From positions 64,001-128,000 of the forward strand of contig JAOZFN010000011.1 of NCBI GenBank assembly GCA_027492205.1: a stretch of 64,000 nt of DNA, in the 5' to 3' direction. Below, one piece after another: positions 38,702-47,915 of this stretch (its first letter is position 1; the number at the start of each line of letters is the position of its first letter). Origin of the DNA: Thermoproteota archaeon (GTDB lineage: Archaea > Korarchaeota > Korarchaeia > Korarchaeales > Korarchaeaceae). The notes under the pieces were generated by a model that did not search any database, was not told where the DNA came from, and saw only the letters and a program-made list of their open reading frames with translations. The translations under genes and the position numbers were made by a program.

Positions 38702-40690
38702 TCACACCGAGTTCCTAGAGGCCTCGACCCTCAGCGCGAGCTCCTCCCTAACAAGCCGGTAAAGCCCGCCGAGGAGCGAGGACGCGGACTCCTCCTCGAG
38801 GCCGATCATTCGCAGGATGGCGTTATCCAGCTCCCACCTCTCCTCTGAGCCAATCTGGTCGGGCAGGGGCGGCAGCTCCCTGGAGCCGATCCTCAGGAGG
38901 ACCTCGGCCGCCTTATCAACCTTGCCGGGGGATAGAGAGGGAACGTTCGGCGTGGGGATGCTCTCGTAGTCGTCCAGCAAAAACCTAAGCCAGCTCGGAC
39001 CGATCTCCCGACCGGCCAGCAGCAGGTAGGCCAGGAACGCGGTGGAGTTGTACCAGGCCGCCAGGGCCGCCTCCCAGGTGGGATCCCCGCAGTCCACTAG
39101 GTAGAAGTTCTTGGTCGCCGTCACCTGCTCAGGCGAGTAGAGGGCCAGGCTGCCGCGCCTGGAGGGATCCAGCTTGTCGAGGAGGAAGAGCCTGGCGAAG
39201 GGCCTCTTCGACGCCACCTGCCTAGTCGCGTGGGCCCACCAGGCCGGTCCGAACGATCGAATGGCTGGCCCGGCCGCGCCGCTCTCCTCTCCCCACTTGA
39301 CGTACTCCCTCACGTCCGGCGGAGCCGACGAGAGGTCCTCCGGCAGCGTCAGAAGCAAGTGCGAGGGGTACGTAACCGCAATCCACCTGTGGGCCTCCGG
39401 CTTCCTGAAGGCCGGTAGTAGGAACTCAGACGGGATGAAGAGTTCTCTCCCGTTTTCGCCCACTATGAAGGCACCCTCGGGGCCCCAACCCATGAGTGAC
39501 CAGTACCTGTTGGGGATGAGGAAGAAGTCGGGGCCGTACATCTCGACCCCCCTCAAGGACCTGCAGGGCGGGCCGTGCCTCAGGGCCCCGCTCGAAAGGC
39601 CCTCCAGCAGGACTGGCAGGAGGAGGTCCTTGATGGGGTGCCTCCTCACGGCCGCTAGGAAGCTGGGGAAGACCCTTGCCTCCGCCTCGATCCTCTCTGC
39701 GGGCATCGCGCGCCTGCCTATCATCCGCTCGACCTGGCCGAGCGCTTCCTCCGTGAGTCTGAGGTGTTCAATCCCCCTGAGCCCGAGACCGCGGGTGGCC
39801 AGCAGGATGACCTCTTTGAATCCGCTGCCCGCGCTGGCCGAGTGCCACGGCCCCTCGAGCAGGGCCACGTGGTCGAACCTGTCCCTGAGCATTCTCACAA
39901 CGCCGCGGCCGTAGAGGGTGTAGAAGGTCGAGGCGGGGAGGACGCTCGCGAGCACCCCTGCATCTCTGAGCAGCTTCTCCGAGAGGGCGAGGGCGAACGC
40001 CTGAAGGGAGGGCTGGCCCCCGAGGTCCTCGGGCGCCCCGGGCCCCTCTGACCGCAGGAAGGAGCGGTAGTCCCTCTCCAGCAGCTCCCACCTGGTGAAG
40101 GGCGGGTTGGTGAGAATCACGTCGACCTCCGACTCCTCGCCGGAGAGGGTGCGGAAGCTGTCGCCCGCCCTCACATCGAGTACCCCCTCGTCGCCGCGCA
40201 GGGCCGTCAGGACCGTGGCGTAGCAGGCCAGGGCCGCCTCGGGAACTATCTCAGATGCCAGGACCAGCCTGGGGTTCAGCCCGGCCATCACGGCCTCCCA
40301 CAGGGTCACGCCCGCGCCGGCGAACGGGTCAGAGATCTCCGGCGATCCGCCGATCACCCTCCAGGCCGACCTGGCCATCATCCTCGCCACCGGCCTCAGG
40401 GTGTAGTAGGCGGCCAGCCTCTTCCTGAGGCCGCCCAGCTTCGGGGCCAGGGAGTCCTGTATCTCCCTGGCCAACCTCATGGCGCCGTGCCTAGAGAGAC
40501 CACGTGCCCTCCTGACGGCCTCTTCCAAGATTTGAGGATCCAGCTCGTCGATCTCGACGCCCGAGAGGCCCTCCGGCTGCTCGAACTCCTCGGGTGAGGT
40601 CAGGCCCCTCCAGTAGGCGATAAGGGCCAGGGAGCCGACGGCCTCTCTCCTGAGGCCGGGCCTAATCATCACCCTCATTTGATCCCCCAC
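38702..40690 (-). CDS. N6-adenine DNA methyltransferase (gamma order) with C-terminal TRD-like region; no cognate REase adjacent
   Basis: YYT, DPFAGAG (motif I) and NPPF (motif IV). Confidence 0.8.
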   Translation of the reverse strand: MGDQMRVMIRPGLRREAVGSLALIAYWRGLTSPEEFEQPEGLSGVEIDELDPQILEEAVRRARGLSRHGAMRLAREIQDSLAPKLGGLRKRLAAYYTLRPVARMMARSAWRVIGGSPEISDPFAGAGVTLWEAVMAGLNPRLVLASEIVPEAALACYATVLTALRGDEGVLDVRAGDSFRTLSGEESEVDVILTNPPFTRWELLERDYRSFLRSEGPGAPEDLGGQPSLQAFALALSEKLLRDAGVLASVLPASTFYTLYGRGVVRMLRDRFDHVALLEGPWHSASAGSGFKEVILLATRGLGLRGIEHLRLTEEALGQVERMIGRRAMPAERIEAEARVFPSFLAAVRRHPIKDLLLPVLLEGLSSGALRHGPPCRSLRGVEMYGPDFFLIPNRYWSLMGWGPEGAFIVGENGRELFIPSEFLLPAFRKPEAHRWIAVTYPSHLLLTLPEDLSSAPPDVREYVKWGEESGAAGPAIRSFGPAWWAHATRQVASKRPFARLFLLDKLDPSRRGSLALYSPEQVTATKNFYLVDCGDPTWEAALAAWYNSTAFLAYLLLAGREIGPSWLRFLLDDYESIPTPNVPSLSPGKVDKAAEVLLRIGSRELPPLPDQIGSEERWELDNAILRMIGLEEESASSLLGGLYRLVREELALRVEASRNSV

Positions 40691-40742
40691 CTGAAAAATA
40701 AGGTGAGGGGTGCGCCCGACCCGAGGGGCCTCCCTTCCACCT

Positions 40743-41639
40743 TCAGGCCATGAGGCCCTGGACCACCACCCCGACGGTCGCCAGCAGCGGGGTGATCAGA
40801 GTCGCCTGGACATTGGCCGCCATGAATGGCACCAGCGCCTCAATTTCCTCTGAGTGCCTCAGGGCCCCAGAGATGGCCTTGAAGGCGGGAAAGGCGCCGA
40901 CGAGCCCCAGCAGGGAACCCACGGGGAGGACTCCAGAGGTCACCAGCGCCGCCAGGAGCAGGAACGCGAGAACGTGCACGGCGGCAAATATCCTGGCCGC
41001 GGCGGGCCTTCCAACCAAGATGGGGAGCGTCCTCCTCCCACCCCTGGCGTCGGCCTCGACGTCGGGAAACTCGTTGAGGATCAGCAGGTTTGCCACCAAG
41101 AGCCCGATGGGGATGCCGGCGAGGAAGCCCTCTAAATCCATCCTTCCAGTCTGGACGTAGTAGGCACCCAAGACCATGAGCGGGCCGAAGTTAAGGCCCG
41201 TGGAGAGTTCTCCGACTCCCAGTCTGGTGAGGACGGGCGTGTAGAGGTAGGCCGTCGCGGCTCCCACGAGCCCCAGCGCCAGCACCCACGGGCCGACCGT
41301 AAGCGCGAGATACGCGCCCACCGCCAGGCCGCCCAGCAGAGACGCCACGCCGAGGGAGTGCACAGACTTCGGGCTCAAGAGCCCGGCGGGCAGGATTCCG
41401 CTGCCCCCGGAGAAAGGCGTCCTCTTGGTGTGGAGGTCGACCCCCGACACGTAGTCGAAGTAGTCGTTGAGGACGTTGACAGCTACGTGGAGCATCAGGG
41501 CGCCGATCACGGTGATGGCGAAGAGCCGCAGATCGAAGTGCCCCCGTGACCAGGCCAGGACAGACCCGAAGGCCACTATGTCGGGCGTCAAGAGGAGAAA
41601 TGGTACCCTCAGCTCGGCCAGCCAGACCTTGACGCCCAT
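40743..41639 (-). CDS. menA: MenA/UbiA prenyltransferase
   Basis: NDYFDYVSGVD, TPFSGGS and NEFPDVEAD..GGRRTL motifs. Confidence 0.85.
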   Translation of the reverse strand: MGVKVWLAELRVPFLLLTPDIVAFGSVLAWSRGHFDLRLFAITVIGALMLHVAVNVLNDYFDYVSGVDLHTKRTPFSGGSGILPAGLLSPKSVHSLGVASLLGGLAVGAYLALTVGPWVLALGLVGAATAYLYTPVLTRLGVGELSTGLNFGPLMVLGAYYVQTGRMDLEGFLAGIPIGLLVANLLILNEFPDVEADARGGRRTLPILVGRPAAARIFAAVHVLAFLLLAALVTSGVLPVGSLLGLVGAFPAFKAISGALRHSEEIEALVPFMAANVQATLITPLLATVGVVVQGLMA

Positions 41640-41648
41640 CCTATCCCC

Positions 41649-42062
41649 TCACCCCGTCTCCCGCGGGGCGAGGCGCGCCGTGCCTATAAGCTTCTGCATC
41701 CTCCGGCAGATGCCGTCGATGTTCTCCTTCTCTATGGAGTAGACCTTGAACCTGCCTGCCCTCTTCTCGCGCACCAGGCCGGCCATCTTCAGCTCGGAGA
41801 GGTGGTGGGAGATGAGGGACTGATCCTTCCCCAGGAGCTTGGATATCGCGCAGACGGGTAGGCTGGACTGGCTCAGGAGGGACAGGATCTCAAGCTTCGG
41901 CTCGGACGAGATCAGCCTGAACAGCCGGGAGACCTCGTAGATCTCCTCCTTGGACGGGAGGATTATCTTGCTTGGTATCTCACCCTCTGCGTCCAGAACG
42001 GCGAGGCAGTCCTCGCCGATCAGTTTCTTGATGTCATCCAACCTGAGGACAGCCTTGGCCAT
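41649..42062 (-). CDS. ArsR/SmtB transcriptional regulator
   Basis: LPVCAI...QSLISHHLSELK.AGLV; AAAACGT-GT-ATGTTTT inverted repeat upstream (about 42114-42130). Confidence 0.88.
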   Translation of the reverse strand: MAKAVLRLDDIKKLIGEDCLAVLDAEGEIPSKIILPSKEEIYEVSRLFRLISSEPKLEILSLLSQSSLPVCAISKLLGKDQSLISHHLSELKMAGLVREKRAGRFKVYSIEKENIDGICRRMQKLIGTARLAPRETG

Positions 42063-42152
42063 CTGCGCTCAGGTCCAGCGGCGCTCCCCAAGGATTTAAA
42101 ATATGCTAATAATGAAAACGTGTATGTTTTAGTGAACTGTACTCGCAGAGCC

Positions 42153-42380
42153 TCATCGCCCTCCAGGCACTCTCGTTATCACCAAGGGCCCCGGAAAGAA
42201 CCCCTTCGACCACAGCCTGGCCAGCAGGCCGTGGTAATCCCTTGAGTGCCCCACCAGCCTCCCCCCAAGCACGGCAACGTACTCCCCGGGATAATTCCTC
42301 TTAAGCCTCTCCATGTTCTCGCTGACCCACGCCCAAGACTCAGAGAGGAGCCTGACTTCCTTTGATATGGGAGAGGCCAT
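42153..42380 (-). CDS. DUF5678 domain protein
   Basis: W..EN.ERLK..YPGEYVAV.GG.LVG pattern. Confidence 0.75.
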   Translation of the reverse strand: MASPISKEVRLLSESWAWVSENMERLKRNYPGEYVAVLGGRLVGHSRDYHGLLARLWSKGFFPGPLVITRVPGGR

Positions 42381-42538
42381 GCTACCTTGACGTCCTCGCC
42401 CCCAATTTAACTGGTCCAGACCGTTCGTAATACGAAAAGTATGACTCAGCTCATTAGCCCCTATTACGCGCGAATTGATTCTTACCGCCCGTACTTACGG
42501 GTGATACCGTTAAATCTAACACCCATGCCCCCTGAGTA

Positions 42539-43903
42539 GTGGAACCGCTGAGAGACGCAGACAGACGAGGAGCCAAGGTTCCCCCCCTTAAGAGAGCCTG
42601 GCTCCTCGCGCAAGCCGCTCCTCTGCTCCTTGTGATTGAAATCATCATTCACCCGCCGACGGGCTGGCAGGTGCGTCACTCCCCCCACGCGGTGGAGTCA
42701 GCGTTCATGCTCATTCTGTACGCCTCTGCCTGGTGGATTCCAGCCATCTCCCTCTCTAGCGCCTGGAGGATCCTTAAGAGACCACTACTCAGGAAGACGC
42801 GCGCCACGATGGCTATCGGCGCCGCGGAAATCTCGCTGGGGGTTCTCGTGCTCTCCGTGGGGGAGTTTAAGAAACTCCCCTTTGGCATTCTCCTGGCGTC
42901 CGCCCTTACGATAGCCGTCGGCGAGCTGATAATCTCCACAGACGGCGTGATCTCCATGACTAGGCTGAGTTCCGTCGAGTATTCCCCGTTCGAAATTGAG
43001 ACCTCGGGGGGCTGGTCTCAAGTGGTCGGTGTTGCCCTCCTGGCTCCGATTATGGCCCTGGTCGCGACCCACCTGACCCGCACGCTGACGGTTGCCCAAG
43101 ACCCCAGGTGGTGGGCGGCCCTAGGCGCGACGCCCGGGCCCGCGCTGACAATGACTTGGTGCGTTCGCGCCAGGAGGGAACTTACCCTGATGAGGGGAGA
43201 GGAGGGCAAGCTCCTCTGCATGGCGATCCTCCTCTCCCTGGTATCTGCCGTCCTCCTCTCCCTGTCTTTCCTCCTGTCTCCGAGGGTCGTCTGGCTCGCC
43301 GCCGCCCTGACGGTGGTTTCGGCCAGCGGGATAACGTTCGACAGGGCCATCACCTACTGGTCCCTCAACTCCCTCTTCCAGAGGGTGAGCATCTTCCCCA
43401 AGGGGGTGACCGAGGGGGTCATCCTCATTGAGGCCGAGCCGGCTGCCTACACCGGGGGGCTACTGGCAGCTCTACGCGACATCTTAGAGCGTTCACCGGG
43501 CACCATCCTCCTTCTAACGAGGAAGGGGTCGCCGCTTGCCGGACTCCTGAGGCGAGCCGGCCGAACCGTCCTGGCCTACTTGACGACGACCCCCATCTCT
43601 CACCCCAGGGCCTTGGACGAGGAGGGGAGAGAGTACGAAGTTGGGGTGTCGGTGTCTCAGCTGTCGGCCCTAGTGAGTTCGGTCGTGAAGGAGGCCGGCA
43701 CACCTATCACGCTGATCGTGGACTCTTTCAACGACCTGGCGGGCAACCTCGGGGTCAGGGAGGCCTACTCCCTCCTGAGGGTCCTCTCAGATCTGGCGCT
43801 GGGCGAGGGTGGGAGGGTGATCGTGATATCCTTCCCGTCAGCGCTCGGTCCCAGGGAGGCGGCGGTCGTCAGGACGCTTGCGACGGAGATACTCCTCGTG
43901 TGA
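42539..43903 (+). CDS. Multi-TM protein with C-terminal DUF835 (inactive KaiC/RecA-like) domain
   Basis: About 7 TM helices, then LLLTR...AYLT...LIVDSFNDL...LGPRE; start uncertain. Confidence 0.65.
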   Translation: MEPLRDADRRGAKVPPLKRAWLLAQAAPLLLVIEIIIHPPTGWQVRHSPHAVESAFMLILYASAWWIPAISLSSAWRILKRPLLRKTRATMAIGAAEISLGVLVLSVGEFKKLPFGILLASALTIAVGELIISTDGVISMTRLSSVEYSPFEIETSGGWSQVVGVALLAPIMALVATHLTRTLTVAQDPRWWAALGATPGPALTMTWCVRARRELTLMRGEEGKLLCMAILLSLVSAVLLSLSFLLSPRVVWLAAALTVVSASGITFDRAITYWSLNSLFQRVSIFPKGVTEGVILIEAEPAAYTGGLLAALRDILERSPGTILLLTRKGSPLAGLLRRAGRTVLAYLTTTPISHPRALDEEGREYEVGVSVSQLSALVSSVVKEAGTPITLIVDSFNDLAGNLGVREAYSLLRVLSDLALGEGGRVIVISFPSALGPREAAVVRTLATEILLV

Positions 43904-43964
43904 ATTGTGCTAGCGCGGCCCAACCTTGACTCAGAATTTTATCGCCGACCCGATAACCCCGCCC

Positions 43965-44645
43965 GTGCCTCCGATAGTTGTAGGAGAGGGAGCCTCTACC
44001 ATAGGCGCGTACGTGGCGGCCGGAGTCGTGGGTGGAGTCGAGGTCAGGGAGGACTGGCCGGGGCTGGCTGGGCTCATTGCCTCAGTGGAGAGCGATCTCC
44101 GGGCCAGGATGACTCTGGACTCCCTCAGGGACGACCCGGTGGTGAGGGCCTTCAGGGACTTCTTCTGGCGCATTGGGATAGACCCGACAAAGACGAGGCC
44201 GTCTGCGGAGGCCCTGGCGAGGAGGGTCTTGTCGGGGAGGGGGATCCCTCGGATTAACAACGTCGTGGACGTCGGAAACGTGGCGAGTCTCGAGTTGCTC
44301 GTGCCAATAGGGCTCTACGACCTTGACAAAATCGAGCCGCCCATCTATCTGAGGCTGGCGGAGGCGGGCGAGGAGTTCACGCCCATAGGAGGCAGCACCC
44401 GAACCCTGAGCGGAGGTGAGCCCGTCCTCGCGGACTCGCTGGGGATATTGCACCTTTTCCCTCACAGAGACTGCCGACGCACCATGATCAGGCCGGACAC
44501 CCGAAGGGTCCTCGTGGTGGCCTGCGGCGTGCCGAAGGTCGAGCCTGCCAGGGTTCTCGCAGCCGCGAGGCGCGTCGCCACGCTCCTGTTCGATTTCGCC
44601 GGCGGCAGGATCGTCGAGGAGGTCCGTCTCTTTGGAGCACGCTGA
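43965..44645 (+). CDS. B3/4 (PheRS beta editing-like) domain protein
   Basis: GIDPTKTRPSAEAL.RR, INNVVD..N and GLYDLDKI motifs; own TTTTAT near 43937. Confidence 0.9.
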   Translation: MPPIVVGEGASTIGAYVAAGVVGGVEVREDWPGLAGLIASVESDLRARMTLDSLRDDPVVRAFRDFFWRIGIDPTKTRPSAEALARRVLSGRGIPRINNVVDVGNVASLELLVPIGLYDLDKIEPPIYLRLAEAGEEFTPIGGSTRTLSGGEPVLADSLGILHLFPHRDCRRTMIRPDTRRVLVVACGVPKVEPARVLAAARRVATLLFDFAGGRIVEEVRLFGAR

Positions 44646-44688
44646 CGCCGACTCAACGTTTTAACCTTCCCCGAGCTGAGGGTCGGGG

Positions 44689-45063
44689 GTGAAGCCTCTG
44701 TCCATATCCGAGGAGCTTCAGAGCCTGATCAAGGAGATGAGGAGGAGAATCCCCGATCTTCTCTACTCTGCCGTGATAAGCGCCGACGGGCTGGTCATAG
44801 TGGCTGACCTTCCCCCAGAGGTGGACGAGGATCTCTTCGCCGCTACTCAGGCCGCCCTGATCAGCGTCAGCGAGAGGGTGGTCGGCGAGGTGGGTATAGG
44901 CCCCCTGAGCGAGATAGTCGTGGCCGGCGACAGGGGGCGGGTTGTGGCCATGCAGGCCGGTCCCGAGGCCATCCTCGTGTCTGTGGTTCCAGCCGACGTC
45001 AAGCTTGGCCTCCTCCTGGTGGAGATGAGGAGGCTGGCCAGGGAGATCGCCAGCAAGTTCTGA
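44689..45063 (+). CDS. Roadblock/LC7 (MglB-like) protein
   Basis: SAVISADGL, FAATQAAL..VSER and KLGLLLVEM motifs. Confidence 0.9.
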   Translation: MKPLSISEELQSLIKEMRRRIPDLLYSAVISADGLVIVADLPPEVDEDLFAATQAALISVSERVVGEVGIGPLSEIVVAGDRGRVVAMQAGPEAILVSVVPADVKLGLLLVEMRRLAREIASKF

Positions 45064-45091
45064 TAGGCCCCCTCCAGAGGTGGAGTCTGTG

Positions 45092-45598
45092 ATGGCCAGG
45101 GAGTTTCCGCGCGGCGTGCTGGAGTTTGACGAGAAAGGTAGGCTGACCCTCCTCGGCAGGCCGGTCATCCTCATGGGGAAGGACACGATTGCCCAGCTCC
45201 AGCACTCCGTTGAGACCGTCCTGGGGTCGAGGACTGCCAAGCTCGCGTTCTACCACGCTGGATTGTCCGTCGGCAGGGACCTCGCAGAGAGGTACTCCGA
45301 CTTGGAGGATCACGAGTCGGCCCTCCGGGAGCTGGCCGGGTGGGCCTCCCTGGCCGGGTGGGCCTCTAGGATGGATGTTGTGAGGATAACCCACTCTCCC
45401 CCTGGGGCGATCGTCAGGGCCTGGGGGACCTACGCCGAGAACTACCCCGCCAAGCCCTCGGAGGGGGTGTGCCACCTGATAGCGGGGCTGCTCGCAGGAT
45501 TCCTGTCCGCGAGGTTCGGCCGCCGCATGGTGTCGAAGGAGACCTCCTGCCTTGCAAAGGGCGACGAGTACTGCGAGTTCGTTATATCGGGGAAGTAA
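45092..45598 (+). CDS. V4R (4-vinyl reductase) ligand-binding domain protein
   Basis: CHLIAGLLAG...ETSCLAKGDEYCEF. Confidence 0.9.
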   Translation: MAREFPRGVLEFDEKGRLTLLGRPVILMGKDTIAQLQHSVETVLGSRTAKLAFYHAGLSVGRDLAERYSDLEDHESALRELAGWASLAGWASRMDVVRITHSPPGAIVRAWGTYAENYPAKPSEGVCHLIAGLLAGFLSARFGRRMVSKETSCLAKGDEYCEFVISGK

Positions 45599-45655
45599 CC
45601 CCTGGGCCTGGAGGAGACCGGCGACCCCCGCGGTCGGACCAGGGGATGGTGCTCG

Positions 45656-46549
45656 TTGATGCTGGCGGCAACTTGGCGGGTGAGCCTCGCCCTGCTCGCG
45701 GCGGGCCTCCTGCTTGCCTCGGCGGCAGCGGTGGGGGCTCCAAGGTTGTCAGAGCCCCTCACCCCAAGGCAGGGTGGAGAAAAGGCGCCCAACAGGCTCC
45801 TCGTAGCTGCGGGGGCCATCTGGGCCTTAGCGCTGGCATCCCTCGCCCTGACCGCCGCGAGGAACGTGGGGGTCCTCCAGGCTGGTGGGCGGACGAGCTG
45901 GGTGAGGGCCCTGACGTCGCTGCTGTCGCTGGCCCTCATTCTGGCCGCCCTTTACCTGTCGAATCCGGGGGAGTATGAGGGACTGAAGGGCTCCGGTGAG
46001 GGAAGGCGCTTCATACCCCCTGACTGGCTCTCAAACCCGCCCATCCTATCTCTGGGCGTCCCCGCTTCTCCTGGCGCCTCCCGGGCGGGTGCGTCGCTCG
46101 TTCTGTGGACGGCCATCGCGATCGGGCTGGCGGTCCTGGCGTTCTCCGTCGGCACCCCCCTGAGGCCGGGTGTCTCGCTCTTCGGCGGGCTCACTGGACG
46201 TCTGTCAGGACGCGAGGAACGAGAGAGAATCGTAAAAGATGGGAGCAGGAGGGTATGGCCCAGGAGGCGGTGGGAGGGAGCCCGCCTACAGGTCATAGAG
46301 TCCTACAGATCTGCGGTAGAGCACTTGCGCGGTCAGGGCGTCCCAATGAAACCCAGCTGGACGCCGAGAGAGCACCTCGAGCAGGTCAGGCGCATGGGCC
46401 TGCCGGAGGCCTCACCCCTGTCCGACCTGGAGCGGCTGTTCGAGCTCGCTCGGTACAGCAGAAGGCCCGTGAACCCCGAACATGCCGAGCTGGCGAGGAG
46501 GCTCTCAGAGGCGGTCAGGAGAGGCGAGGGTGATGAGGCTCAGGCTTGA
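45656..46549 (+). CDS. DUF4129 membrane protein
   Basis: WTPRE...LFELARYS motif. Confidence 0.8.
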   Translation: MMLAATWRVSLALLAAGLLLASAAAVGAPRLSEPLTPRQGGEKAPNRLLVAAGAIWALALASLALTAARNVGVLQAGGRTSWVRALTSLLSLALILAALYLSNPGEYEGLKGSGEGRRFIPPDWLSNPPILSLGVPASPGASRAGASLVLWTAIAIGLAVLAFSVGTPLRPGVSLFGGLTGRLSGREERERIVKDGSRRVWPRRRWEGARLQVIESYRSAVEHLRGQGVPMKPSWTPREHLEQVRRMGLPEASPLSDLERLFELARYSRRPVNPEHAELARRLSEAVRRGEGDEAQA

Positions 46550-46964
46550 GGTTGTCCTGATCTTCCTATTGGCGCTGGCTGCCTCCGCTCCCGTGCACTT
46601 CTTCGTCAGGTGGCTTGCGCTGCTGATCCTGACCGTCTGGACCGGGGTTACCGCGCTGTCTCTGCTCCCGCCGCCCCGCGGCAGGTCCACCCGAGAGCCC
46701 TCGGTCGCGCCGGGAAACAGGCTGCTCGTCCTCTCAGAGGTGGTAAGATCTGCCCTGAAGGGATCTAGGCAATCTCGCAGGATCGTCGCGGATGAGGTCT
46801 CCGACCTGGCCAGGGAGGCCGGCCTCTCGCGGTCGGAAATCGAGGCTGCCAGGACGGAGTTGCTGGAAGGCGATCTGGCGACCGGTCTGGAGTTCTGGCT
46901 CGCCAAGATTCGAGGCGCCCGCCCCGGGCGCCCGAGCGCGCGGAGTCAGACGGAGGTGAAGTGA
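46533..46964 (+). CDS. Small membrane protein of the MoxR operon
   Basis: Two N-terminal TM helices; overlaps or abuts its neighbours. Confidence 0.65.
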   Translation: MRLRLEVVLIFLLALAASAPVHFFVRWLALLILTVWTGVTALSLLPPPRGRSTREPSVAPGNRLLVLSEVVRSALKGSRQSRRIVADEVSDLAREAGLSRSEIEAARTELLEGDLATGLEFWLAKIRGARPGRPSARSQTEVK

Positions 46965-47915
46965 TTGGAGGTTGAACAGGTCCGAGACAAGGTTGGAGCG
47001 GTGCTCGACGAGGTCTCCAAGGTAATAGTCGGAAAGAGAGATGTCTTAGAGGTCCTCATGGCCTGCGCCCTGTCCCAGGGCCATGTCCTCATCGAGGACG
47101 TGCCCGGCCTCGCCAAGACGCTGATGGCGAAGACGCTGGCCGGGGCCATGAGGCTCGAGTTCTCGAGGATCCAGTTCACACCGGACCTCCTGCCGGCCGA
47201 CATAACCGGGACGTACGTCTTCGACCAGTCCACGGGGGACTTCAAGCTCAGGAGGGGGCCCGTGTTCGCCAACATAGTCCTGGCGGACGAGATCAACAGG
47301 GCCCCCCCGAAGACCCAGTCCGCGCTTCTGGAGGCCATGCAGGAGCTGCAGGTGACCATCGAGGGGGAGACCCACAGGCTCGACAGGCCCTTCATGGTGA
47401 TCGCCACACAGAACCCCATAGAGTTCGAGGGCACGTACCCACTGCCGGCGGCCCAGGTCGACAGGTTCCTGGTCCGCCTCCGGGTGGGGTACCCGAGCGA
47501 GGAAGAGGAGGTGGAGATCCTCAGGAGGAGGCTCTCCAGGAGGTCCGACGAGGCGTCAGTGGAGCCGGTGATAGGCAGGGAGGAGTTCTTGGAGATGCAG
47601 GAGGCGGTCGAGTCAGTCCACGTGGACGAGTCGATACTCCGCTACATGGCGAGGGTCGTGCGCAAGACCAGGGACGTGCCGGAGGTAGAGCTCGGAGCCA
47701 GTCCTAGGGGGACTCTGGCCCTGCTGAAGCTCTCCAGGGCTTTGGCGGCCATGGACGGCAGGGACTTCGTCACACCCGACGACGTCAAGCGGATCGCGAT
47801 ACCCGCGCTGGCGCACAGGCTCATGCTGAAGAGGGAGCTCTGGTACACCAGGGTGACGCAGGAGTCGGTGGTGGCGTCCGTCTTGAGGCAGGTGGAGGTC
47901 CCCAAGTTTGAGTGA
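46965..47915 (+). CDS. moxR: MoxR AAA+ ATPase
   Basis: DVPGLAKT, RIQFTPDLLPAD, DEINRAPPKTQSALLE and ATQNP motifs. Confidence 0.95.
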   Translation: MEVEQVRDKVGAVLDEVSKVIVGKRDVLEVLMACALSQGHVLIEDVPGLAKTLMAKTLAGAMRLEFSRIQFTPDLLPADITGTYVFDQSTGDFKLRRGPVFANIVLADEINRAPPKTQSALLEAMQELQVTIEGETHRLDRPFMVIATQNPIEFEGTYPLPAAQVDRFLVRLRVGYPSEEEEVEILRRRLSRRSDEASVEPVIGREEFLEMQEAVESVHVDESILRYMARVVRKTRDVPEVELGASPRGTLALLKLSRALAAMDGRDFVTPDDVKRIAIPALAHRLMLKRELWYTRVTQESVVASVLRQVEVPKFE

